From Chthoniobacteraceae bacterium (GTDB lineage: Bacteria > Verrucomicrobiota > Verrucomicrobiia > Chthoniobacterales > Chthoniobacteraceae), in contig JBBCKI010000041.1 of assembly GCA_037190965.1 (NCBI GenBank), positions 1 through 32,154 on the forward strand: a stretch of 32,154 nucleotides of DNA, given 5' to 3'. Every line of letters starts with the position of its first letter. The stretch's first letter is position 1. Below are positions 1 through 7,204 of the stretch, one piece after another. Under the pieces are notes generated by a model. That model did no database searches and was not told the DNA's origin. It saw nothing but the letters and a program-made list of their open reading frames with translations. A program made the position numbers and the translations under genes.

Positions 1-123
1 CGTAAAATGCTCGATTTTTGGGAATGATAAATCATTGCCCTCCTTCGAAACAGGCCGTGTAGGGCAAATATGAGCGTCGGAGTTTTTCAGAATCGAGCAT
101 ACTTGGAGTTTTCACACAGTCTC
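1..123. repeat. Long imperfect palindromic (MITE-like) element, truncated by the left window edge
   Basis: ATGCTCGATT (7-16) pairs with AATCGAGCAT (91-100), and TTGCCCT (35-41) pairs with AGGGCAA (61-67). The right end TTTTCACACAGTCTC (109-123) resembles an IS terminal repeat. Confidence 0.55.
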
Positions 124-140
124 AGAGTTTGGGAACGAGG
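124..140. repeat. Half copy of the CTCGTTCCC-type REP-like palindrome
   Basis: AGAGTTTGGGAACGAGG matches the right end (GAGATTGGGAACGAGG) of the element at 14297-14492. Confidence 0.5.
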
Positions 141-165
141 AGAAAGACGGAACTCCCGGCGTTCC

Positions 166-939
166 TTAGCGGGTAATCCCGCGTTCCGTGGTCGTCACGA
201 AATCGAGCAACTGGCAGACTTCCGGCAATGGCTGGAGTTTCTCGCGGATCTGCTCGGCGGCCTGCTTCACGTTGAGGTCCGACCGATAGAGGATGCGGTA
301 CGCCTCCTTGATTTCGCGCACGGTTTCCGCAGTGAAGGCGTGGCGTTCCATCCCGACTTTGTTGATCCCGCGAATTTCGGCAGGGTTGCCGTCGGCGATC
401 ATGAAAGGAGGGACGTCCTGCACGATTTTCGTGCATCCCCCCAAAATCGAAAACCGGCCGATGCGGCAGAACTGATGCACCGCCGTCAGCCCGCCGATGA
501 TGGCGTGGTCGCCGACCTGCACGTGCCCGGCCAGCGTGCCGTTGTTGGAAAAAATCACGTCGTCGCCGACAATACAGTCGTGGGCAATGTGCGAGTAGGC
601 GAGGAAATTGCCCCGGTTGCCCACACGGGTGGCGTCGCCCGGCGAGGTGGCCCGGTGGACGGTCACGAATTCGCGAAAGGTGTTTCCTTCTCCGATTTCC
701 AGCCAGGTCGGCTCGCCCCGGTACTTGAGGTCCTGCGTCTGCTGGCCGATGGAGGCGTAGGCGTAAAAACGGTTGTTCGCGCCGATGCGCGCCGGGCCGC
801 AAAGGGTGACGTGGTGCTGAAGCCAGCAACCGTCGCCGAGGACGACACCCGGCCCGATAATGCTGTAAGGGCCGACGACAACGTCCGCGCCGAGTTCTGC
901 GGCGGGATCGACAATGGCGGTGGGGTGGATCTGGGTCAC
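166..939 (-). CDS. lpxA: Acyl-ACP--UDP-N-acetylglucosamine O-acyltransferase
   Basis: GTG start at 939 gives MTQIHPTAIVDP. Hexapeptide repeats, QDLKY, FREFVTVHR, HIAHDC, AVHQFCRIG and QDVPP motifs. Follows lpxC/fabZ. Confidence 0.96.
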   Translation of the reverse strand: MTQIHPTAIVDPAAELGADVVVGPYSIIGPGVVLGDGCWLQHHVTLCGPARIGANNRFYAYASIGQQTQDLKYRGEPTWLEIGEGNTFREFVTVHRATSPGDATRVGNRGNFLAYSHIAHDCIVGDDVIFSNNGTLAGHVQVGDHAIIGGLTAVHQFCRIGRFSILGGCTKIVQDVPPFMIADGNPAEIRGINKVGMERHAFTAETVREIKEAYRILYRSDLNVKQAAEQIREKLQPLPEVCQLLDFVTTTERGITR

Positions 940-950
940 GGGGGGAGAGG

Positions 951-2264
951 TTAGGATGCGATGAAACCAAACATCATCTCCGCCTCGGAGACAACCTCTC
1001 CGTTGACCACGCAGCGACCGCTCGCCTTGGCGATGTTCCGCTTGGTCTTGGTCACCTCCACGTGAATGAAGAGCGTATCGCCCGGGAGCACCGGTTTGCG
1101 GAATTTGACCGAGTCCGCGCTCATGAAGTAGCCGATCTTCGCCGTGCTTCCGCCCTGCTGGCGGATGAAGGCAATGCTGGCTACCTGCGCCATCGCTTCG
1201 AGCTGAAGCACGCCGGGCATCACCGGATGGCCGGGGAAGTGCCCCTGGAAAAACGGTTCGTTGATGGTGACCGACTTCACGCCGGTGCATTTGTTGTCGC
1301 CTTCGAACTCCACCACCCGGTCCACCATCAGGAACGGGTAACGGTGCGGGAGCAACTGCATGACGTTGTTGATGTCGAGGATCGAGCCGCCCTTCGGCGT
1401 AATGGCGGGGGGCACCATGGCGAGCAGTTGCGCCTGCTTTTTGGTAAGGATCTTGGCCAGCTCGGTGTTCGGGCCGTGGCCCGGCCTGACCGCGATGACG
1501 TGCCCCTTGATCGGGCGGCCAAACAGGGCAAGGTCTCCCACGATGTCGAGAATCTTATGCCGCGCGAATTCCTCCTTGAAGCGCACCGGCTCCTTGCTCA
1601 GGACGGAGTCGCCACGCACCACCACGGCGTTCTCCAGGCTGCCGCCCTTGATGAGCCCCTTGTCGAGCAGCGGCTTCACGTCTTCGTAAAAGACGAACGT
1701 GCGGGCCGGGGCGATCTCCTTCTCATAGATCTCCTGCGTGATTTCGGTGCTGTAAAACTGGGTGAACCGGCCTTCCGGGCCGACGTTGGTGCAGGAAACG
1801 CGGAATTTGTCGTCCGGCACGATCATCATCAGCGAGCCGTTCTTGGTTTCGAGGTGGATCGGCTCGTTGACCTGGAAATAGGCCCTCGGAGCGCCTTGCG
1901 CGACGACTCCCGCCTGTTTGATGAGACTGACGAACGGAGCCGCGCTCCCGTCGCCGATGGGCGGCTCGTTGGCGTTCATCTCGATGAGCGCGTTATCGAC
2001 GCCCAACCCCGCCAGCGCGGAGAGGACGTGTTCCACCGTCTGCACTTTGACGTTCCCTTCGCCCAGCGTCGTCGCCCGCTCCACGGTTTTTACGTTGGAG
2101 CAATGCGCGTCGATGGTCGGCTCGTCCGGCAGGTCCGTCCGCTTGAACTTCCGTCCGAACCCGACGGGGGCGGGATGCAGGGTAAGGGTGACCTTTTCGC
2201 CGGTATGCAGCGAAGAGCCCGCGAGCGAGGCGGAGGAGGCTAGGGTGTGCTGGACGTCGGACAT
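951..2264 (-). CDS. lpxC/fabZ: Bifunctional UDP-3-O-acyl-GlcNAc deacetylase / 3-hydroxyacyl-ACP dehydratase (LpxC-FabZ fusion)
   Basis: LpxC motifs TVEHVLSAL, EPPIGDGS, ARTF and RHKILDIVGDL, followed by FabZ motifs LPHRYPFLMVD and FFQGHFPGHPVMPGVL. Confidence 0.96.
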   Translation of the reverse strand: MSDVQHTLASSASLAGSSLHTGEKVTLTLHPAPVGFGRKFKRTDLPDEPTIDAHCSNVKTVERATTLGEGNVKVQTVEHVLSALAGLGVDNALIEMNANEPPIGDGSAAPFVSLIKQAGVVAQGAPRAYFQVNEPIHLETKNGSLMMIVPDDKFRVSCTNVGPEGRFTQFYSTEITQEIYEKEIAPARTFVFYEDVKPLLDKGLIKGGSLENAVVVRGDSVLSKEPVRFKEEFARHKILDIVGDLALFGRPIKGHVIAVRPGHGPNTELAKILTKKQAQLLAMVPPAITPKGGSILDINNVMQLLPHRYPFLMVDRVVEFEGDNKCTGVKSVTINEPFFQGHFPGHPVMPGVLQLEAMAQVASIAFIRQQGGSTAKIGYFMSADSVKFRKPVLPGDTLFIHVEVTKTKRNIAKASGRCVVNGEVVSEAEMMFGFIAS

Positions 2265-2306
2265 GAGTCGGCGGTTTTAGCAACCAACCCCCATGCAAGG
2301 AAGAAT

Positions 2307-2528
2307 TTATTTCTTCTCGTTCTCTTCGGGCCGATCAAGCGCCTCACCCATCATTTCCTCATATTCCTCGAAATGATCCGGCCTCAACGGTTCGGAAACC
2401 CGGTATTCCTCCCCCAGCCATTGCCCGAGATCGACCATCTTGCACCGCTTGGAGCAAAACGGCCCAAGAGGATCGGCAAAGAAGTCGTTCTCTCGCCCGC
2501 AGATGGGGCATTTAATCAACGTGGCCAT
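2307..2528 (-). CDS. yacG: DNA gyrase inhibitor YacG (zinc-binding)
   Basis: CPICG...[20 protein letters not shown] signature with an acidic tail. Confidence 0.92.
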   Translation of the reverse strand: MATLIKCPICGRENDFFADPLGPFCSKRCKMVDLGQWLGEEYRVSEPLRPDHFEEYEEMMGEALDRPEENEKK

Positions 2529-2578
2529 GGGAGAAATTTAACGGTTGGGCGCCCGGCTTGCAACCGCGGGAGAGTGTC

Positions 2579-2652
2579 TCGCGCCAAGAACGCGAAGCCT
2601 GCCAAGGTGGAAAAGCCCTGAAATCTTGGCAAACTTGGCGGCCTTGGCGCGA
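2579..2652. repeat. Inverted array of degenerate 9-bp GCCAAG/CTTGGC units forming a hairpin
   Basis: TCGCGCCAAG AACGCGAAG CCTGCCAAG (2579-2606) faces CTTGGCAAA CTTGGCGGC CTTGGCGCGA (2625-2652), between divergent genes. Confidence 0.7.
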
Positions 2653-2715
2653 ACAAAAGTCTTTTGCCCTGCTACCAATATTGACGCCCCCTCCAAGACT
2701 AACTTACGGTACGGC

Positions 2716-3420
2716 ATGCTCCAGGAAATCGAACAGCTTCTCGTCCTCCAGGATCGCGACCGCAGGATACGCACCCTCAAATCGGAATTGAAGAATGCGC
2801 CTCTGGAGCGCAAGGAACTGGAGGCCAAGCTGGCAGCCGCCAACACGGGAGCCGAGCAGGCCAAGCAGCGCGTGCGCGAGCTCGAGGTGCAGAAGAACAA
2901 GCTGGCGGTCGAGGCGCAGGCCAAGCGCGACCAGATCGCGAAGTTCAAGACGCAGCAGATGCAGACTCGCAAGAACGAGGAGTATCAGGCGTTGACGAAC
3001 GAAATCGCCCATTTCGAAAAAGAGGTTCAGAAGATCGAGGACGCCGAGCTGGAGGTGATGGAGCAGATCGACCTGAATACTCCCATCCTTGCCGAAGCGG
3101 AGAAAAACGCCACCGAGGCGCGCAGCCGGGTGGCGGCCCAGATCGCCGACCTGGAAGCCAAAACGCAGACACTCGCCAAGAACCTTGCCGAGGTGGAGGG
3201 CAACCGTGCCTCGCTGACCACGGGGCTGGATGAAGATTTGCTCCACGTTTACAACCGGCTTTTTACCACGAAGGGCGGCGACGCCGTGGTTCCCTTGGAG
3301 CACGAGGTCTGCATGGGGTGCCACATGAAGCTGACCACCCAGACGGCGGTTCGCGTCAAGGGGGGCAAAGAGATCACTCACTGCGAACAGTGCGGGCGAA
3401 TTCTTTATCTTCCTTGGTAG
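2716..3420 (+). CDS. Coiled-coil protein with C-terminal C4 zinc ribbon (COG1579, CT398/HP0958-like)
   Basis: ATG at 2716 gives MLQEIEQLLVLQDRD. Long heptad coiled coil, NEEYQAL motif, CMGCHM...HCEQCGRILY. Confidence 0.9.
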   Translation: MLQEIEQLLVLQDRDRRIRTLKSELKNAPLERKELEAKLAAANTGAEQAKQRVRELEVQKNKLAVEAQAKRDQIAKFKTQQMQTRKNEEYQALTNEIAHFEKEVQKIEDAELEVMEQIDLNTPILAEAEKNATEARSRVAAQIADLEAKTQTLAKNLAEVEGNRASLTTGLDEDLLHVYNRLFTTKGGDAVVPLEHEVCMGCHMKLTTQTAVRVKGGKEITHCEQCGRILYLPW

Positions 3421-3581
3421 GTTGTGTTTACGAATTTGCCGAGGAGCGGCTAAAAGGCGCTTTTTGGCCAAAAATCCAGCTCCTCAGGGGTCCGAATCTC
3501 GATTCGGTCCCCTTCGATCGCCGCATTTTTGACTCAAAGATCGCTCTTTTATCCATCTCTCTCAATTCGTAAACACAACCT
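3419..3581. mobile_element. ~163-bp fully palindromic MITE-like element
   Basis: Perfect 18-bp terminal inverted repeat AGGTTGTGTTTACGAATT / AATTCGTAAACACAACCT, paired inner arms, and a central AGGGGTCCGAATC/GATTCGGTCCCCT stem. Overlaps the TAG stop of the upstream gene. Confidence 0.75.
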
Positions 3582-3689
3582 GGAGCGGTAGAAGGGGGGA
3601 ATGCCGGGAGACCGCGCAGCGAGCCGCCGCCGATACTCGGAGTGACGCCAAAATGGCGTCTCGCCAACTTGGCCACTGGGGAACTGCGT

Positions 3690-5087
3690 GTGAATCGAAT
3701 CGCCGGCATAGAAACCGAGTACGGTTGCCTTGTCTCTGAAGAGGCCGGGGCCGGAACCCTCGACTCGTGGCCGGTGCGGATCAAAAACCAGCTCTTCAGG
3801 AAGATGCGCGTGGGGGCCATCGACCTTCACTACCGCGACTACGAGGAGCCGCCGGGCAATGGCGGGTTTCTCCTCAATGGCGGGCGGCTTTATGTCGATA
3901 TGGGGCACCTGGAATATGCCTCGCCGGAGTGCCGCAGCCTGCGCGACATGGTGGCTTTCGATCTCGCGGGTGACGTTCTTGTCCAGAAGGCCGTGGAGGG
4001 ATTGAGGGCGGAGGGGCGGGTCGCCTTCATCAAAAACAATGTCGATCATCAGACCGGGGCGACATTCGGCTGCCATGAGAACTACCTGATGCGCCGGGAG
4101 GTGCAGTTCACCCCGGAGGCGCTCGGGACGCTCCTCTCGTTTCTTGCAACCCGCCAGATTTTCACGGGGGCGGGGCGTGTCGGGCAGACCAACCCGCTCT
4201 CCTTCGAATATGAAGCGCCGCTTGCCCCCGCGGTCGATTTTCAGCTTTCGCAACGGGCCGACCACATCGTCAACGACATCTACCAGTGGGTGCAGTTCAA
4301 CCGGGCCATCATCAACGCGCGAGACGAGCCGCTTGCCGATCATCGTCGTTACCGCCGTTTGCATCTTTTGATCGGCGATTCCAATATGAGCCCCTTTGCC
4401 ACGGCGCTCAAAGTCGGCACCACTTCCCTTATTCTTACGCTGCTGGAACAGGAGATTCACCCTCCCAATGTGATCCTGCGCGATGCGGTGGCCGCCACCC
4501 GGGAGATTTCCCGGGAGGGGACGGGGCGGGGCGCGGTGAAGCTGGAGGACGGCCGCACCCGCGACGCCCTGGATATCCAGTACGAGTTTCTGGCTATCGC
4601 CCGACGCCAGTTCGCCCGGAGCGACGAGGAGACCGATTGGATTCTGGAAAGTTGGCAGTTCACGCTGGACGCCCTCGCTTCGAAGCCGGAGTTGTTGATT
4701 GGCGGGGTGGACTGGATCTCCAAACGCTGGCTGTTGGAGATGTTTCGGACGTCGGAAAAACTTTCCTGGCAGGACCCATGGCTGCAAAGTCTGGACCTGG
4801 AGTATCACAACATTAACCGCGAGCGAGGGCTCTTCTTTTCATTGAAGCCTTCCAAGCGGATCGGGGAATGGAATGCGAGCGTCCAGATGCCGGAAGCGCT
4901 CTCCCTGCCGCCGGAGGATACCCGGGCTTATGGGCGCGGGCAGGCTGTGGCTCATTTCCTCGAAAATCCGAAGCAAACCTATCTGATCAATTGGGACTCG
5001 CTAAGCTTGGAGGGCGAATCGCCCCTCCAGATGTCCGACCCCTTCGAAACTTACGAGGATCAGGTGGGGAGGTTTCTCGGGGGTTAG
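3690..5087 (+). CDS. pafA: Pup/UBact--protein ligase family protein (PafA-like)
   Basis: GTG at 3690 gives MNRIAGIETEYG. Motifs NGGRLYVD, KNN, GCHENY, SQRADHI, INARDEP, YRRLHLLIGDSNMS, LDLEYH, PPEDTRA and DPF are colinear with actinobacterial PafA. SQRADHI and GDSNMS favour the ligase over Dop. Confidence 0.85.
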   Translation: MNRIAGIETEYGCLVSEEAGAGTLDSWPVRIKNQLFRKMRVGAIDLHYRDYEEPPGNGGFLLNGGRLYVDMGHLEYASPECRSLRDMVAFDLAGDVLVQKAVEGLRAEGRVAFIKNNVDHQTGATFGCHENYLMRREVQFTPEALGTLLSFLATRQIFTGAGRVGQTNPLSFEYEAPLAPAVDFQLSQRADHIVNDIYQWVQFNRAIINARDEPLADHRRYRRLHLLIGDSNMSPFATALKVGTTSLILTLLEQEIHPPNVILRDAVAATREISREGTGRGAVKLEDGRTRDALDIQYEFLAIARRQFARSDEETDWILESWQFTLDALASKPELLIGGVDWISKRWLLEMFRTSEKLSWQDPWLQSLDLEYHNINRERGLFFSLKPSKRIGEWNASVQMPEALSLPPEDTRAYGRGQAVAHFLENPKQTYLINWDSLSLEGESPLQMSDPFETYEDQVGRFLGG

Positions 5088-5260
5088 GTTGTGACTGAAA
5101 AAAGTGAGTCTTCGGCTGCAAGAATTGCGGCGTCGCGGAGCTCCGCCCTCCGTTGGCGGGTATTGTCTTTTGCCCTGCGCGCGCCTGCCGCGCGGTAGTC
5201 GGGAGGGCGGAGCTCCGCGACGCCGCCTAGGCCAAAGGCCCTCTATTTTCTCAACAACTC
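5088..5260. repeat. ~170-bp palindromic element containing a GGAGGGCGGAGCTCCGCGACGCCGC REP-like doublet
   Basis: Perfect 25-bp inverted repeat 5127-5151 / 5202-5226 with imperfect outer arms. Begins immediately after the TAG of pafA. A second copy lies at the right window end. Confidence 0.8.
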
Positions 5261-5524
5261 GTGCCTGTGGTGGCCGAAACAGCGCAACGGTCGTTGTACA
5301 AAAACTATCATTGAGGCCTCCGATTTTTCTGGTAATCCCAGCGGACCTCTGCTAGAACCCGATCCTCAGTTCGAGTTTCATTCATGAAAATCGTTTCAAC
5401 CTTCGGGTTCAAACCTATCCTCTCGTCCCTTCGGCGAGGGTGTGCCTCATTTCTTTCTTTCGAACCAACCCGGTTAGACGGTCGCCTTATTACGGAGTAG
5501 TTCCCCCCGAACACACTCCTCCCT

Positions 5525-6835
5525 ATGGATAGTCCCGGCGTTACTGGGTTTGTCATTCGCGACTGCGCTCTTTGGGCCGAAGAGATCAAAAAATGGATCG
5601 ATTGGCCGGCCGGCACGCTGAACGGCGTGAGCGATTTCGTTAACTACTTCCCGATCCTGTTGAGCTTGATCTGGTCGGTCTCTGCCCTTGTTTCTCTCTG
5701 GATTGAGGGGCGGGAGAAAGCCCGGCGGCGGCGTGCGAAGATTTCGCTTCCTTCTTATTCCGTTCTGATTCCTTTTTATGGCGATGCCGACGCGGCGGTG
5801 AGAACGGCGCTGAGCGTACAGGATATTTCTCCCCCTCCCGACGAAATCGTTCTGGTGAACGACGGCAGCCCTGAGGGAAGTGTGCCGCTCGATTATTCCC
5901 TGCTGCCTCCGGGGGCGCGGGTGTTGGTTTTGCCCCGCAACGTAGGAAAGGCGGAGGCGCTCAACCGGGGCCTCAAGAGCATCGACTCGGACATCATCGT
6001 CTGCATGGATGCCGACACGCAGGCGCAATCCAAAGATTGGAGCGCGATGCTGGCCCGGTTTGCCGATACCCCCGATCTGGGGGCGATTACCGGCAAAATA
6101 TGGCCGGAGCGCGTCCGTAATCTGACCCAGCTCCTCCAGGCAATCGACTATCTGGCGGTCATCTGCATGGTGAAATGCGCCGAATCGCTCTGGGGTGGTT
6201 TGATGACCGTTTCCGGCGCGTGGGTTGCCTATCGCCGCCGCGCGATGGTCGATTGCAACGGTTGGTGCCCGAAGACCAGCACAGAGGATATCGATCTGAG
6301 CTGGCGGCTTCAGGCGGCAGGGTGGAAAATCGGCTACGACGCGGCCTGGACGGCGCAGGTCGAGATGGCTCCCACCTGGCGGAGCCTCTGGTTGCAACGC
6401 AGGCGCTGGAGCAGCGGCCTGGGGAGGGCTCTCCGAGATCAATCGGGAGGGGTTTTCCTTTATACCTCGCGGCACGTGCCGATCGCCTTCATGGCTTTTC
6501 TCAGCAGTCTCTGGATCTGGCTCTGCATCATCACGGCATCCGTTGGAGCCTTCATTTCCTGGAAGGGACTCGGGCACGAAACAATGCTCTCCAGTATCAT
6601 CAGTTGGCAGGCCAGCAACTGGTCGCTTTACGGGATGATTTTTGTCCTGCAAATCGGCGTCGCCATCCTGGTGGATCGCGGCACCTGGAGGCGCTATCCG
6701 CTGCTCATTCTCTTTTCTCCGCTCTACCCGCTTTATTTCTGGCTCATCCTCGTCACCAGCTTTTTGGCCGGCTTCCCCAAAGGGATGTTGCGCCTGGATG
6801 GGGGACGATGGGAGCCGACCGCAGAGATCGAATAG
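5525..6835 (+). CDS. pgaC: GT2 processive glycosyltransferase, poly-beta-1,6-GlcNAc synthase-like (PgaC/IcaA)
   Basis: VNDGS, NVGKAEALN, MDAD, QAIDY, TVSGA, TEDIDLSWRLQAAGW and QRRRW motifs. One N-terminal and about three C-terminal TM helices, and a PgaC-like end (GRWEP). Confidence 0.8.
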   Translation: MDSPGVTGFVIRDCALWAEEIKKWIDWPAGTLNGVSDFVNYFPILLSLIWSVSALVSLWIEGREKARRRRAKISLPSYSVLIPFYGDADAAVRTALSVQDISPPPDEIVLVNDGSPEGSVPLDYSLLPPGARVLVLPRNVGKAEALNRGLKSIDSDIIVCMDADTQAQSKDWSAMLARFADTPDLGAITGKIWPERVRNLTQLLQAIDYLAVICMVKCAESLWGGLMTVSGAWVAYRRRAMVDCNGWCPKTSTEDIDLSWRLQAAGWKIGYDAAWTAQVEMAPTWRSLWLQRRRWSSGLGRALRDQSGGVFLYTSRHVPIAFMAFLSSLWIWLCIITASVGAFISWKGLGHETMLSSIISWQASNWSLYGMIFVLQIGVAILVDRGTWRRYPLLILFSPLYPLYFWLILVTSFLAGFPKGMLRLDGGRWEPTAEIE

Positions 6836-6852
6836 TTTTTTTCCTGTCATTT

Positions 6853-7164
6853 ATGAATGTTCTCGAACACGAAGAAGTACAGCCTCATCCCGAGCATCCT
6901 GTTGTGCTTCCGCAAGACACCTTTTTGGAGAATGAGCGCAAGCTGGAGATTGCCGGGGCGCTCTGGCAGATTTTCCGTCTTGTGCTCCTGGCGTGGAGTC
7001 TTCTCTGCTTTTACTGCTGCGTGCGGCTTTGTCTGAACTTCTCCAATGTCGAGTTCATCTCGGTCGCATCCAACTTTATCATCGGCCTTTTGGCCTGGAT
7101 CCTTGCCTGCAAAATCGGGCGGCCGATGGAGTGGCCCACCGACGATGATATTAATGCCGGGTAA
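6853..7164 (+). CDS. Small two-TM membrane protein, positional PgaD/IcaD analogue
   Basis: 103 aa from ATG 6853, two hydrophobic helices, 17 bp downstream of the pgaC-like gene. No recognisable sequence motif. Confidence 0.6.
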   Translation: MNVLEHEEVQPHPEHPVVLPQDTFLENERKLEIAGALWQIFRLVLLAWSLLCFYCCVRLCLNFSNVEFISVASNFIIGLLAWILACKIGRPMEWPTDDDINAG

Positions 7165-7204
7165 GCCGGTCTTAATTTTCCAAAGAGAGAAGTCTTAACG
7201 ACGC

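Noticed and set aside
70..2243. Long + strand ORFs (70-954, 1062-2243) and similar long antisense ORFs across the window (e.g. 3549-4808, 5474-6850, 11371-12822, 21933-23357, 23679-24848)
   Set aside because: They are shadows of well-supported genes on the opposite strand, expected from high-GC codon bias, and have no recognisable motifs.
3421..3689. Possible rnpB or pup/ubact gene between the zinc-ribbon gene and pafA
   Set aside because: No RNase P signature (GAGGAAAGUCC) and no small ORF with a Pup/UBact-type C-terminus. The palindromic element explains most of the region.
5076..5087. PafA-like protein ends in Gly-Gly, like ubiquitin-type modifiers
   Set aside because: Pup/UBact chemistry needs a terminal Glu/Gln. 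The GG arises from a G-run beside an element junction and is probably coincidental.
5260..5524. c-di-GMP riboswitch upstream of the pgaC-like gene
   Set aside because: I could not identify the conserved GEMM P1/P2 elements by eye. An Rfam scan would be needed.
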